A DNA stretch of 50,540 nucleotides, counting the filler, from Sphacelaria rigidula (Eukaryota), in NCBI GenBank assembly GCA_964200075.2. It is 3 parts of 3 records of this genome, joined end to end, with 100 filler letters (N's around TTAATTAATTAA, not from the genome) between each part and the next. Parts side by side here need not be neighbours in the genome. Positions count along the whole stretch, not along the records: positions 16,887 to 33,669 come from CAXNAA020001256.1; positions 33,770 to 50,540 come from CAXNAA020001257.1; 1 more part is not named here. One strand, given 5' to 3'. Every line of letters starts with the position of its first letter. Positions within the stretch are counted from its first letter, which is position 1. The position numbers were made by a program, and so were the translations under genes. Positions 20,201-34,330 of this stretch are shown here, piece by piece. The notes beneath the pieces are model-generated. The model was given only the letters and a program-made list of their open reading frames with translations, made no database searches and had not been told where the DNA came from.

Positions 20201-23200
20201 CTGTAGATGGCACCCGAAGGAAAGGGTGTTTCACCATCCGCTTTCGGAACTGAAAACAAGTGGATAGCATCCGGCTGACCTTCGACACCATCAGAATTGG
20301 CCTTTGAGTTCATCTGCTTCTCTTTCATCTGATGAACTGCGTTGCTTCACCGACAAATGTCTACGGCAGGCAACATCTACAGGAGATAATATGCTGTCTT
20401 CATCCACAAACAGCGGTCCCGTTGACCCCTTCGCAAGCACTAGCCACAACGTAGTCCTCAAGAAGAAGGACAAGGCGGGTTGGGGGGAAGACTCCTGGGG
20501 TGCTGCGCGTAGCATCGGCAAGGGGAAAGGGGGCAAAGACTTTGGGGGAGGAGGGAGGGGGGGATCGGGGATGCGACATGGAAAACCCCTGAAAGCTGGA
20601 GCATATGGGGAGGCGGCTGGCCGAACTTTTGCCGTGCTAGAGGTGAGATGTTCAAGCTGGCGTGTAGTTTCCTTTTTCGTAAGTCAATCACTGGATACGT
20701 GTGTTCACATCTTCACTAATTCAGATCCAAGGCATGAATGAAACCAGGCCTGGGAGAAACTCCACAGCGGTGGGGGGCACGCGTGGATATGTTTGTATGT
20801 ACTGTGTGTATGTATGCCAACTGTCGACGACGTCAATAGTGATCCAGGTACGACGTGATGTCCCGAGCCTTACTCGAAGTGGCTGACGTTGCTATCGATT
20901 ATTGAGGTTGTGTTGGAGGATAACACGGTGACGTAACCTTCTTGGCTGTATTCGTATCCCCACCTGCTGCCTTCTACTGTCCGCTATGCAGTTGCTTTTG
21001 TGCCGATAATGTAGTGCAAGTCAACGATACTAAATTGTGCAAGCAAGGTATAAGACATGAAACATGCATGCCACCGTTCAGCTAGCGCCCAGATAATCAG
21101 TATTCCTATTTGCCGGTACACAGCCTGCCAATCTCGCCATTGTCGTTTGGCTGTCAATGTTATTCACTGCGCCTGCTGTCCCTATCACCGAACTACTCTT
21201 GCCCTGGAGGACCTGCTCACCCTCGTCAAACTTATTTATGTACTTTTCCCCGTTTTTTTCTGCCGGTGCATCGGTGCACAACTTGAGCCCGTTCGTCAAG
21301 AATGTTCCACGAAGTTCTCACTTACCAGTGCGACTCACGCCGGAAACAGTCACGACGTCACGACGTCACGACGCAAGGCAATTCGAGAAGGTGTCAAATC
21401 GACGTTTTGCTGTCCTTGCTGTCCTTGCTGCAGGTGGGCTTAGGCGATGTTATATGCCTATCCAAGTCTTGGAAAAAGATGAACGCGGAGCATCTGCTTG
21501 GAGGAGATCAGGCTGAGTTAGCTTCGGCGGTCAAGGTGCGTCATGTACCTACACGTTGTTGGTTACCGTTGCTTACTCCAATACCACCCCGGGCGACACG
21601 TTTCTCAGTATCCAAGTTATCCAAACTGCGGCGATCACGTCGCTGAAACCTGCATCGTTGGAAAGACCTCGTCGAGAACGAGATCTCTCTGAGTGCAAGG
21701 TATCCTCTCTCTCTCTCTCTCTCCCGCTCTCTCTCTGTGTTTCCGGCTGTTGGTTAATGTCAACCAACGTACGCCATACCCTCTGTGTCCCGTAACCTAG
21801 GGTATTTGGGCTTACAAGATCCCATAAGTTCACGCCAGCGGCGTGTGTGTATAACACTAAAGTTGGTATCGTTAGCAAGATATTAGGTAGGGGTAGGAGT
21901 AGGAGTAGGGAAGGGAAGTCAATGTAAAAAAAGAAAATCCGACGTATATTTTTGGTTTGGCTTCGGGTCAAGAATGACCAATTTGGGGATTATGTTGGAA
22001 ATATTTTTAAATATGTTCGGGGATTTTTTTTTCCCGCATTTCTTTCTTGAAACAAGCTCCAGCGATGCGGAGGACGACGAAATTTCAAGAAGAGAAAGCA
22101 AAGTCTTTTTTCTTTTGCCCTCAGAATAGAGGGCGAAATACGGCTATTTCAGACGGACTGATTTTTTTACCAGCCGTTCGGCAGCACTGTGGCATGGTAG
22201 AAACAATGAGGATAAAAAACAGTGGGATTTAACCCAAAAACAAAAAAACGCCAGAGAAAATGAAGATAAGGTCTTCACGATCGGATACGCTTTAACGAGG
22301 GCGCGTGCAAAGCCATAGACCCTAATCTATCGGACAGAGTTGATAGCAAGTAGTGGTGTATTGTGGATTTGATCATCATCGGTGTCATCATCATTGTCAT
22401 CATCGTCATCATCGCTACCATCGTCATCGGAAATCAAGCCGCAAGTACCAGCTGATCACTTTTGCTGTCTCCTGGTCCGACCCAACCCTCGAATGTGTTC
22501 TCTGTCTTCTCTTGATTGTGCTCTGCTGATGAACGCGGTGCCTCTTTTAGCTGCTAGTGGAGATGGAAGCCACCCTACCCAGCGAGAGAGATCCTGTAGG
22601 CACGTTCACACCGTTGAACCTCACCACCGAGCTTAAAATCCAGGTGAGGAAAGCCAGACAAATCGATCCGGTTGGACGTGTGTAGTGTGTGTCATGTGTG
22701 TCATGTGTGTCATGTGTGTCATTTGTGTAATCCGTTCCGCGCTGTACGGTAAAGGTAAAGCATGACAAGTGCACGACGCACCACCACGACGCTCGTATTA
22801 AATTACACAAAAGCGTCCACACCCATGACACATCGGGCGTTGGTTGATAGATTCCTGTCACAGCTGCAAGTCAAGCTGCTAGTGTTATCTACAGTACCTA
22901 TTTCCATAGCAAGAAGAAGCCAGTGGTTGTACACAGGCTGCTTCATGCTCACCACCCAAAATTGTGTCATCAGCAAATGTCTTTTGCAATAGCTACCCAA
23001 GAGTCGCAGATATAGTATCATACCGACTGCCATGGATAACTGAAGAGGCTGACGTAGCGGGATTTTTTGTGTAAGACCATAGCGGTGGCGCAAAGCGCAG
23101 CTCGATCAATCAGCGACCTTCACAATGTTGTGAAACAAAAAATGCGATTTCCCGACGCAATTCCTACCTGTTCTCCGTATGCTTCAAATCGTAGCAACTA

Positions 23201-26200
23201 TCATCAGCTCGGCAATCTAAGGTGAAGAATAGACTTGAAAACGGTTACTATGGGGTCAAATTGTACCCCAAACCGTGAGTTTTCGGTGATATGGGGCTGT
23301 TGGCGTCGTTGGATTTTCCCTGGTGATTTTTTGTTCCTTGAAAGAAGGAGGAGACCTGACCCAACACTTACCCCGCAAGCGGATACGTGTGCCGATTATC
23401 CGGACGCTCGACGAGATTGCCTCACGGCATACAGCCAGTCATGTGGGGTTGGCGCTTCGAGCGTTCGAAAGCTTTGCTCAAGGCAGTGTGGGGGTCCGGC
23501 CCACTAAAACCCTTTGTCAACCTGACGCAGTGCACGCGTCGCCTTACTGGTATGAGCTTCGGCCCTAGAATTTACACTGATGTTAGCACCAAAGACCGAG
23601 AAAATCTCCTGATGAGTTATCTTATGTATTTCGTAGAAAAGCTCCGACCGCACTCAAACTTGGCAGATCGGTAGGTATTGGTGCTCCAAATGGAAAAAGA
23701 AAGCATTGCTGAGAAATGTCTCGAAGTTTCTCTCCTGTTTCCGGTTTCCGGTTTCCGGGGGTTCTAGCGTGAAGACCTAAGAAGCGCGTAAAGAATGCCT
23801 CGATTTAGGTATATATGCGTCCCGGGGCAGTCCAAGGAACATTCGTGCGAATCTTCGTGATGTAACTTGAAGACTGATGCAATAGGGTCGTTTTGACGCC
23901 AAACGTATCCGAAAAAGTCGTTTTAATACTGAAGTCAAGTAGTAAGGAGTTTGTACAATCCAAGCTCACTTTATCGCAAAAGTCGCACATGTTCACGCCG
24001 ATTCTTGGAGCTGAAGTCTGAAGTTTTGCACCCATGTATAACGGGCCATCAAGATACTTTCGAAGGATGTTCTTTCACATCACCGGTTATCGGGAGGCCC
24101 AGAAGGGCATGTAATCCCCCAAGACCCTGGGACCCCCGATAGCCGGCGAAAAAAATACCGTTCTCAGAAATTTCAGTAATACCCCGCAGTTCAGGTATGC
24201 ACATTTTCAAAGTGTAACTCTGAGAATCGGCGTGAACATATGCGGACATTTCGATTTTGGGGCATGAGCGTGAACTAGCGTGTAGCTCATGCACGATGTG
24301 ACGCGAAGATATGGTACTTGCTCAAGTGCAAATAGCACCGTCCAGTCAACGGCTGATGTAAGGTGTAAATTTATAGTCACATGATGAAGATGATGACAGG
24401 TTAGCTTGCAAACATTGGCTACATACTTCCTCTGTCCCAGGAGTAAAGTCCGTTATGGGGGATAGGCCGTTCCTCGCCAATGGTGGTGCTCACGATGTTA
24501 TGGTTAGGTTCGTTGAAAATACAAAGTTGTGGAGATGGTCACTGGAAAAACAAAAAACAAAATAATCGACCTACAACCTTAGACTCGTCGGATCAAACAT
24601 GACCAAATTTCGACCAAAGTTCGCCAATCTGTACGTCGTCGGCCGAATTTCGACGAATTTGGCTTGTTTTGATGTAATTGAAGGATGCAATTTGTCGCAC
24701 CTTGAACGCCTCCCCTTCCTCGGGATGAGGCCGTGGTCTCAAGGGATCAACCCATCTCTCGCCCAGTACGCGCCTTACATTTTGGTCTCGCGGATTGGGT
24801 CAGCACTCCCGCACCACGTCAACTCACGTCACACAAATTCAGTTGACTACTTTGCTTACTCACGTTATCACGCTTTCCACGGTGGGAATCATACATTACG
24901 AAGAAAAAACCTAACGCATAGGGAATCGAATCCTCGTTCTCTCCACCTTAATGGCGACAGTCGGACCATTACACCACCGGGTCGCAGCAATGTAAACGAG
25001 TGATTTTAGACTAGGTGTAGCTATCGTATGCCAGCGATGAACCGGCGAAAAAGAGCCAGTTATACTTTTTTACGCGATTCTTGCCGTTTTTCGTGTTTCC
25101 AGGGTTCATCTCTGTGTTATGGAAAAGAGGCGAAAAGTGGTCATTTTGGGGTCAACTGATCGTTTATCGGCCATTCGCGCACGCTGGCTGCTGCGCAAAC
25201 AGGGAAAAAACGACACGATTCAACTGAAAAACCCCAGGATCATTTGAAAAAAATCGCCTACGGCATTGGACACGGGCAAGGGTCCGTGTGATCATAACGG
25301 ACTTTACTTATGAGACAGAGGAAAAGCAGAGTTCAGCAGTCGCATGCGACAAAAAAGACCATGCAGCAAACACAAGGCGATCGCAGCTGAAAGGCTTTTT
25401 CCAAACACCTCTCGGGGCTTGTTTTCACCACAGGAAATGAGGTTCAGCGAGAGTTCGGCAGAGCTAAGGCAGGTTTTGGAGTCGAGGGCGCAGTCCAAGT
25501 GCCATACGTGCCCCAAGCTAGCGGAGCAGTATGGCCTACATGAAAAGTAAGTGCCGTGCAAATTACGCACATTGTTGCTGGGTAAATGAGTGGTACATGC
25601 CAGATTACATGCCAGAACTCCATATCAGCTGTTTAGCTCTCAAGTGTTGTTCGGATTGCGAGGCTTGTTCACGCATAACATTTGTATTGCCGCGTGTATT
25701 GCGTTTTATTTGAGGAGCTGGCTACTACTTGTTGGCTGTTGGCTCTTCGCTGGATGTCCCGATCTTGAAGCACGAAGTGAGGGATTACACTGTGGGTGCT
25801 GTACGAAACAAATGAGGCTGATAAAGTCATCAGCGCAGGCTGATGATGTTGTCGGTGTAGCTCGCTCACAAGATCAAGACGTCGTTTTGCAAGGCCATGA
25901 CTCTTCGTTATCGGCGACCTGCTGGACAATCCTGAGTTGGTTGACAATTTGTATATCCGTCCCATCGTTGTCAATTGTTGCATGACGATGGCTACGAGCA
26001 CCGCCGCGGGTGCTAGGGCAACAACTTGCACCAGTAAAACGTTGAAACGTTGCCCGTAGCAACAGTAGCACGTGTCTGCGCAGGGTCACTAGTAGTGTCG
26101 CACAGCTGTCGGTAGCTTGGAGACTCAGTCACACCTCGCACTCCATTTCATCCGTTATCCGTCATCCGCCATCCGTCATCCGTCACCCGTCACCGGTCGT

Positions 26201-29200
26201 CCGTCCCCGTGTATTCATTCCGCCGCGCCCCGGTGGTCTAATGGTACAACGTCTAATGGTACAGCGTCTATTGGTAGAACAGCAGTACAACAGCTGAAGG
26301 CATTAGGTCGGCAAAAGGCAGGTTTGATTTCTCACAGATGCGATCATGTCTTTTGCTAAAGGTATCGATGAGATATCCAACGTTGGAAGCGTGAGAATGT
26401 GTAGCAAAAACAACTAGCTTCGTCGTGAGTAGGCGAGTAGGCGCGGTACGGGGGTGCTCATTTACTTCGCGATACCAAAGTGCAAGGCGTGTACGGAGGA
26501 GATTGTGGGTTGGCCCTTCACGACTACGGAGTCGTTCCAATAGCGAGGAGGGGTTCAAAGTTTGACAAAAGAATACATTTTGTGTTTGACCGCGCGGGAT
26601 ACCCCACCCTGTTATTTGGAGCGTGGCAGGTCACCACCCATGGTTGGATACTGAAACTGGCACATGACATATATATATATATGTATACATATCCTATCCA
26701 AAATTCGACCGTCACATCGTGGTGTCTGCAATGTGGTATGCGCAATGATGGCTAGCTATCAGGCTGATTTACGCATACCCTTGTTTCGCCTATCTTGCTA
26801 TTAATAATACGCAGGCGGGATAGGTTACAGAGGCGGGTGGATCTTCTTCAGCATGCGCTGAGCAGTGAGGCCCTCTCGCTGTTTCCGGATTTCCAGCAGC
26901 GATTAGGGGTGCTGAGGAGGTAATCAAGACATGGAAGATTCACGTATTTTGCTTTAAGAAAACGTGATGAAAAGAAGTAAGGAGCGGTGATCGGTTGATC
27001 TGATCTGCACGAAGTACTTGCTCCTGCAAGACAGATACCTGTGCCGGAAGTGTAGAAGAAGCGAATACTGCACTGCACTCAATTTCAGTAAACAAATCAT
27101 GTAATCAGAATTGGCAGATAATCATGCTGCTATTCAATTGTCTACCCCTCATCACAGGCGGCATGTGCCGCGGTTTCATCTGTACACAATGTAGTACACC
27201 TGCTGTCGTGTAGTGCTTGGTCGGCAGTATGGTGGACCTGTCAACATTACCTAACCGTGCATCTCTGTGGCTCATTGTGCCCTGGCAGTCGTGCTTCTGC
27301 AGCACGATGTTTACCTGCACCACCTTGCGTGGCTACTCTTGTTTAAAGCACTGTCAATCGTTCAGTATAGCGTTCACGTTGGTGTGATGCTGTACCATTA
27401 AGAAAACACGCGCTTTTGCCTTGTCGATGAATTGAGCAGTGGAGCTGTCGTACCATGTAATCCTGCAATCGTTCTCACATTTGCTTCAGGCTTTGTCTAT
27501 CGATAGTAACACATAGTTTTTACTGCACACAAAATGCGCTTCTCAGGCATCGTTGGTACAGTATATATCACATGGTTATTCTACTTGTCGGTAGGGATGG
27601 GACGCCGTGTCACGAGGTGAACGTGAGTCGCTGTCAGATTTTGGTGTTATGTTGTGCCTTGTTCCCAGCACAGTGATTTTGTCACGACGTGACACGTGCC
27701 GTGAGAAAAATGTTTTACGACACAAGTCGATCCTGCTACTTATATGATGGCCGATGGCCTCACTCACCATCTCTTGATGCCCATACCGCCTTCTGTTCGT
27801 CGTATTCGTGGCACTGCCGTCGGCTCTATGTTGCATTAGCTTGGGATATGTCGAGGGAAACACCGTGCAACTTAAGGGGAGGGTGGCGTGCGAAATAAAC
27901 ACGTGTGACGAGCTAATCGCCACGGAGATGGTGTTCGAAAACGTGCTGGAAAATCTAGATCCGCCGGAGATTGCAGGTGGGTGACATGTGTATGCGCAAT
28001 TGTATGCAGTGTACAGTACCGTGCAGTGTGCAATAGCTTGCAGTGTGCGGGTACACAATGTGTGTCTGTGTGCAATGTGTAGTAGGGTGCGATGTGCAAT
28101 ACTGCAGTAGCAATGTGCACTGTACGGCGTGTCATGGGTGAAACGCTTGATTCTGCTCAATTCCTTGTGCGTGCGTCCGCTCAGTACATCCAATTTAAAG
28201 TGTCGAGGGGGGAACGTTCGCCGTATAAAAAAACACGTGTTGCTTCTTTTTGGTGTTGTTTCGCACACACCAAAAACTTCGGCATGAGTCAAGTATGTTC
28301 ACTCATGGACTCTCCCACGATATATATGTCTTTTGTTATGTTTCGTGACACTTTTAGCCTCTCCTCTTTCTCGGGACGAGTCCGTGCTCTGGAGGGATCA
28401 ACCCGACTCACTCCCGATGCACGCCGTACATTTTGGTATCGCGAGTCTTTTCAGGACTCCCGGACCGTATCGACTCGTATGAACAAAAGTTAGCCAAACA
28501 AACAGGTACGTTCAGTTATCGGCTATCGCGACTTCACATCGCCATATAGTTGACAGCGCAATCGTACTTCTCGCTCATACGTATTTTAATCGGTGTTGTT
28601 GTTGTCTTTGAGGCTTTGTTGCTTACGCGAGTCTTTTTCCAGAAATCTAAAGCCTGCGGTAACAAAGCCGTGGCACAAGAGGACAGAGTTCGAGGAAGGA
28701 TGTGCCCACGAACAGGAAGCACGACACCCCAAAGGACGGGCTTGTACACGCCACGCATGTCAACGAAGAAATAAAATACACCAAAGAAGTATACGTACGG
28801 CTCGAGAGATCATACTAGAAGTAAGAAAATGATCGTCGGCTACATGGTACGTGGGCCATACAAGTACGAGACCAAAATGTCAAAGTAAGGGACTACGTAG
28901 TTCGGCATACCGAACAAGTCAGGACAGGGAAAGGCAAGGCAAGGCAAGGTGTGACGGCGCTACAAGGTAGGCTTGCACGGATAACATCCCTCGCCTTGCG
29001 TATACCTCACCATCCGCTCACGTAGTTGTGCTAACACCACCACGTGTATCGTGTGGTGTCCAGGTATTCTGTCTGCGCTGATTTTCCAGGAAAAAACTCA
29101 GAACGAGCCCCCACTGACGGATAGGCTTCAGGCAGCGGTCAATCAGGTTAGAAGCACCACGTTATCCCGTGTACGACTGCTGATGAGGTGGTGGTCGGTT

Positions 29201-30979
29201 GTTGTTCCGGAACAGTTTCGATGTGAGCGAAACGAGCCGTGCAACCGTAACCTGTCGCTTGCCACCACCGACTAATGATGCACGTGTTCACTTAGACGGT
29301 GTTGTTTTTATTGTACCTTCGCTACTACTGCACCACCTATGGAGCGCAACAGTCAAGAAAGTATTTGCGTAAGCGTAAGAGATACCTAGTTGTACGCCAA
29401 GTGTGACCCATTACATCTCTTCATGTGCTTGCTGACTTTCGCTCACCACTGTCATGTGCTCACTCATTGGCTCCAGGTGGTGGCCATTTCGCACAGCCTT
29501 GGAAGGCTCCAAAGCAAGCACGGACTACCGATAGACGCTCAGGAGAACGCCAAGCTGAACCTTAACTTTGGCTTGGTGGATGTTGTGTACGAATGGGCAA
29601 GGGGTGTGCCGTTCCGTGAAATAACGCAGGTCAGCAACCAGAATTTTCATGCTTTTAGCCAGCAGCAATCTCGCCTACGCTGATCACAAACGGCTTCATG
29701 CTATCAATCTGTGCGTTTCACGTGTTTCAGGATCCTCAAATTATATACTTGAAATGATAAAATTTTAGTGAAAGATAGATATGAGGGTTCTTCTCGTTTT
29801 GTTCTTTTTCGTTTGTTCTCACGCCCAAGTACAGGATACTTGCTATTCGGAGAAGTTTTCGTCCGTGTTGCATGAGGGCAAGACTTTCTGCTACGGTAGA
29901 GAATTGCACAGTACTTGCACAGTCGACCTGCATACCTCACCAGCTACGATTTCATTTAAAAAGCGCTCTATGGCAATATACGTCATGCGATGTTGCCAGC
30001 TGTATCTTACCCAACGGTGCTTTGTAGGCTGCGATATGATGAAAGAAGGACCGTAATGTCGTCAATCAAGCCGAAACACACGGAAACGCTACACCATCGA
30101 GCACTTGAGGCATACACGTACATGCGCTCTCCCGTTTTATGCAGATCACCCTGGTGCAAGAGGGCTCCGTGGTGCGTACGATCACGAGGTTGGATGAGCT
30201 ATGTCGAGAGGTGAGAAGATCTTAGCTTGTTGTAGCTGTGCTTGCACTTCACTTGGGTTCGAAAAGCGTGTTGCAGACCGGACCATTCGGGTGCGGGTTT
30301 CATGCTATATTGGCGTCTGTAGGTTGTTGTGTGAACAACACATGGCCACTACCGTGTTGCAGCAGAGACAACGCGGATCATGAGACGGCGGTAGGTGAAC
30401 ACGGCAAGACGAACTCGCCGAATCGCAATGACACCCCTTGCGGACAAAGCTACTGGCTCTATCGCCATTACCCTGATCCCCCACCGTCATATCCCCATAA
30501 AGTTCCAGGAAACCGGCGGCAGCCGTTGGATGTGCCTCACGGCCCGCACGGCAATTTTTTAACGTCATGCACTCCTGAACTTCCCAAATCAAGGCGTGAC
30601 AAACCCCCAACCCCATCCACCGCCGGAGAAGCCTAAGTGTAGTTAATATGCATGCATGTAAACTGATTCGCGGTTTGTGTGCACATAAATGGAGGATGAC
30701 GTCGAAGTGTTGTACTTGGCCAGCCGATGTTCAATACTTGCAAACATCATAGTGTGTTCCGATGGTCATAGTACACGTACTAGTCATTTCTATTATCGCC
30801 ATCCTGATGAACGTTGCGTCGTGCGCTGTGTATGTTATATCGCTGTATACATGCACCAACGGCAGGTTCGCAACGCCGCCAGAGTTATCGGCAACCCGAC
30901 CTTGTACAGAAAGATGGAAGCCACGAGCCAGCTCATCAAGAGGGATATAGTATTTGCTGCTTCGTTGTACGTGGCATGA
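17243..30979 (+). CDS. SKI2: SKI2-like DExH-box RNA helicase, 3' part (arch region + DSHCT domain), 5' incomplete
   Basis: Exons 17243-17338, 18477-18590, 20370-20642, 21434-21535, 22551-22643, 25434-25546, 26815-26919, 27840-27976, 29064-29146, 29477-29629, 30145-30210, 30866-30979 splice in frame with matching phases. Motifs: LFPDFQQRLGVLRSLGYV, VQLKGRVACEINTCDELIATE, NFGLVDVVYEWARGVPF, QEGSVVRTITRLDELCREVRNAARVIGN, IKRDIVFAASLYVA*. The PDF-Q-R motif favours SKI2 over MTR4. The first three exons are less certain. Confidence 0.9.
22686..22722. repeat. 9-mer tandem repeat (tgtgtgtca) x4
   Basis: Direct reading. Confidence 0.85.
24710..24985 (-). mobile_element. tRNA-derived SINE-like repeat, copy 2
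   Basis: Minus-strand head with A-box-like TGGTGTAATGG and B-box-like GATTCGATTCC; body homologous to 1600-1832 and 28365-28500. Confidence 0.7.
28365..28500 (-). mobile_element. Diverged partial copy of the same SINE-like family
   Basis: ctcgggacgagtccgtg...gggatcaacccg...tacattttggtatcgcg aligns by eye to the other two copies. Confidence 0.55.
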
Positions 30980-32467
30980 AAAACTGGGCGTTCAGGATGG
31001 AAATCTGCCCATTCTGGTTGTTGGGAGTTGCCAGGAACGACGACATCCAACGATTTCGCAAGCGGTGTATTGGTGATTTTGCATGTGCAATGTATGCGTT
31101 TTACGCGTAAGGACCACGTGCTGTTGACATACATGGGGTTAGGGTTAGGGTTAGGTAATTTCTGGCAACGGTCTCAAATCCGCGAGAACAGTACACGCCA
31201 ATGTAAACTTTTATGCAGAGGTCAAGAAATGGCATGTGCAGCTCTACTATGCTTCCTAGTATCGTTATTGACTGCAAAGATACCACATGTCTGTGTGACA
31301 AGAGACCGCGAGGTTATGCATGCACGCAAGGCACACAAACTTGGAACCGCAGGATACTGACGACTACAGCAGTAAGGAAAGTTATAGGGAACGAACATAG
31401 AACTGAATTTAGCACGGTCGCTTTGCTACTCGCTCGTGACTTGAGCACGGTAGTGCACGTGGTGCCGTGCCATCTAGGTACGTGCTACATGTGCCCAAGT
31501 GTTTGAGGAACGACCACATCATACACCGTCACGGAAAACGAGGGAGTGTAGTATAGCTTAACTGCACTGGCAGCGCGAGTAAGTCGATTCGACAAAGACG
31601 AGAACGGAAATGCAGAACACAGGTGCAGTCTTGGTCGGAACGGAAAAATATGGTTTGAAACAAAAAAAAATGCAGGGGACTAACCAGGGGAAGAAGGTAC
31701 GTAAGTATCCTACGCAAAAGCGCGAGGTAAAGTGGAGAAGCTGCCGAAATCCATTGAAGAATTGGAGGATCAACCGACTTATGGCGTGTTGAGGAGAAAA
31801 CCCCAGCGATCGCCGCTTTAGAGATCTTGTTCTGTGCCATCTGCGTAAGATTATTGACGTTGTTTCTGCCCCCCATTTTATCTGCAATGGTTTTGGTTCC
31901 TCTTGAAAATATTTCGTTGTGTGTACTAGTTCTTGGTTATTTGGGTGAGTATGTGACAGGTGAAGTTACATGTTTTTGTCAAGTTATGTTTCCTCTCTGT
32001 CCGCTGTGCACGTTCTTTGAATAAAGCATGTGTGTTTTTTATCCTAACTTGTATCGCATTTGCCTTTTGTGGAGATGCACATTTTTTTTCATGTCCCACG
32101 CGAATGCTCATTCCGTGCAATGCTGGGACCGGAAGCTGACTATGATGGAAACCGATCGATGGCAAAAATCAAATGTTGCGTTCTCATAGTTCAGTAACGT
32201 GCAGTCGTAAATGGAGAAATATAAATACCAAATTCCCGAAAATCAAAACGTTCCTGGGATGCTGGGGTCACAGTAGTAGGAGAGATCTCAAGTTTGCTTG
32301 TCTCCTTAGCCTCGAATGTTGGATATAGCAAACTGAAACCCCGTACGACGTCATGCGGTAGCCTGTCTTTGTATTTTTGTCATCCCATCTATTCCGGACG
32401 CCAGTCTACACCTTTTGGTATTAGTGGGCGAATCAGCCGGGATCACACAGTAGGAACATCAATACTG

Positions 32468-32725
32468 TTTTTTTTTTTTTTCTCTAGTACTCCAACTTCC
32501 TTCTGCGGTGCTTGCGATATTTTTAATCGCGAGAGGAGTTCAGCGATCCCTTTCCCTCGTCGACCGTGAAGTCGAATTTTGTGTACCCACGACATAAGCG
32601 CTCTCCACTGTTATACATGGTGTGAGAAGAAAATCTCAGATCGTGTGACTTCACCGAGATTCGAACCCACAACCCAACCGTCAGAAGTTCTTGAGGTTAC
32701 CGACTGAACCACCCGGATGGCCGGC
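32468..32725 (-). mobile_element. Second tRNA-derived SINE-like element with poly(A) tail
   Basis: Minus strand: GTGGTTCAGTCGGTA (A-box-like), GGTTCGAATC (B-box), and a 14-nt poly(A) at the 3' end. A related head lies on the plus strand at ~33597-33669. Confidence 0.65.
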
Positions 32726-33669
32726 AACTTACTACTACATTGTTGCTGTACCCAGGTTCCGTGGCATACGATGGTATTGCGTTTGCTGTGAGGGAGACCT
32801 TTAAGCCCTCACAGCGCCCAAGGCTTTCTGTTCTGGTAAACTGGTGATCCCGTGGACATATCATGTGAGGTACCTGTATGGCGAATCCATGTGTAATGAC
32901 CCTTTATCCCCGCAGGGTGCTGCTAGTGACATTTTCTGCAAACTTTTACCTTGAGAGTACAGGTATATCAATTGAAGTAGCGTATCTCTATGGTGCAGTA
33001 CGGAGGTCGGAGCTTTGTGTCTCTGCGGCGAAGTCTATCACGGCGGCGCGCCCGTAGGCTACGGCTGGTGAAACCTTGGTACATGCCATGTCACGCGTGG
33101 TGAAGGCGCGGTCATCGCTCATGGTGGTCTCCACTCACCCAATTTAAATGTACGGTACGATATGGATCGATGACCTTATACTCACTACGACACGGATATA
33201 TATGTGTGGTTGACAATGGCCTGGTGGGCCCGCTGTAGTCACGCCGTCTGCCCAGCTCGTGCCGATGACACAAACAAGCAATTTTGTCAAGTTGTGGCCG
33301 TCCCGCAGCAACAGCAGAGCAGCCCCATCACACCATTGATATACTTTTTTTCCTCTCGCAAAAATAGTTGAGACGCAGAAATTCGTCGTGAGCACCGATC
33401 GCTTCAGTTTGTCCGTCCAGCGACCCCAGCGATGACGCACATCCAGGAACGATCGATCATGCAGGCCTCGCGCTGGGGCGTCCGCACTGTGCACCATGCC
33501 GCTGAGTGCAACAGCATGCTTCGTTGCTCGCTGTAGTCACGTTGTCTACCCAGCTAGCGCCGATACTATTAGCTCTCTGTTTTGTCATACACCTATTGCT
33601 CGGTTGGTAACCTCGTAACCTTCTGATGGTTGAGGGGGGGGGTTCGATTCCTGGAGCGATCTGGAATCT

Positions 33670-33769
33670 NNNNNNNNNNNNNNNNNNNNNNNNNNNNNNN
33701 NNNNNNNNNNNNNTTAATTAATTAANNNNNNNNNNNNNNNNNNNNNNNNNNNNNNNNNNNNNNNNNNNN
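33670..33769. other. Artificial contig linker (N44-TTAATTAATTAA-N44)
   Basis: Same 100-nt structure as at 16787. Confidence 0.97.
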
Positions 33770-34071
33770 ATGGTTCCGTCAACATCGGCCCCCCCCCCCC
33801 CCCCCCCCTCTAAAACCACACACCCCGGCCACCGGAAACCGCCGCATGTCTCCGGACTGTCAGTCTGTGAAACTGTTCCGAGGCAACGCTCGCTGTTTAA
33901 GGATTAAGATAGACCCCTTGTATTGAATACTTCGAAGTATTGAGTCTTGGATTACTTCGAGTCTCGCCTCGGGCAGTTTCGCCGGCTGACAGTTAAGCTA
34001 CATCCAGCGTTTTCGAAGGAGGGGGGGGAGGCTGATCCCAAACCAAACCAAAAGCTCACCAAAGTTATCGT

Positions 34072-34330
34072 GCACACGTCGGACAGCTCATGAGCTACTG
34101 TACCTAAAATGAGTAATCAAAGAGGACTCTCAGATCCGTTGGACCAAGACCACGAAATACGTAACCGCGGGGTCAGAGAAGCCAAAGCGCAACCTTGGCG
34201 CTACTCCTCTCTCGCAGCCGTCCAGCGCTCAAATATGAGAACAGTGGCCAAAAGAGCTAGCTCATGATCCGGATCAGTACACTAAAAATGAAGTCATATT
34301 TACGTATCTTATGAGCTGTCCGACGTGAGC
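34072..34330. mobile_element. MITE-like element with ~20-nt inverted termini
   Basis: cacgtcggacagctcatgag versus cttatgagctgtccgacgtg. Confidence 0.6.

Noticed and set aside
27576-28292. 238-aa minus-strand ORF
   Set aside because: Antisense to a SKI2 exon plus low-complexity tgca/tgtg intron sequence.
31136-31155. (TTAGGG)-like telomeric motif, about 3 units
   Set aside because: Too short and interstitial; no sign of a chromosome end or healing site.
32645-32725. Possible tRNA gene (also 24915-24985 and 33597-33669)
   Set aside because: A and B boxes are present, but I could not pair a convincing acceptor stem, and the first two lead into repeat bodies; treated as SINE heads.
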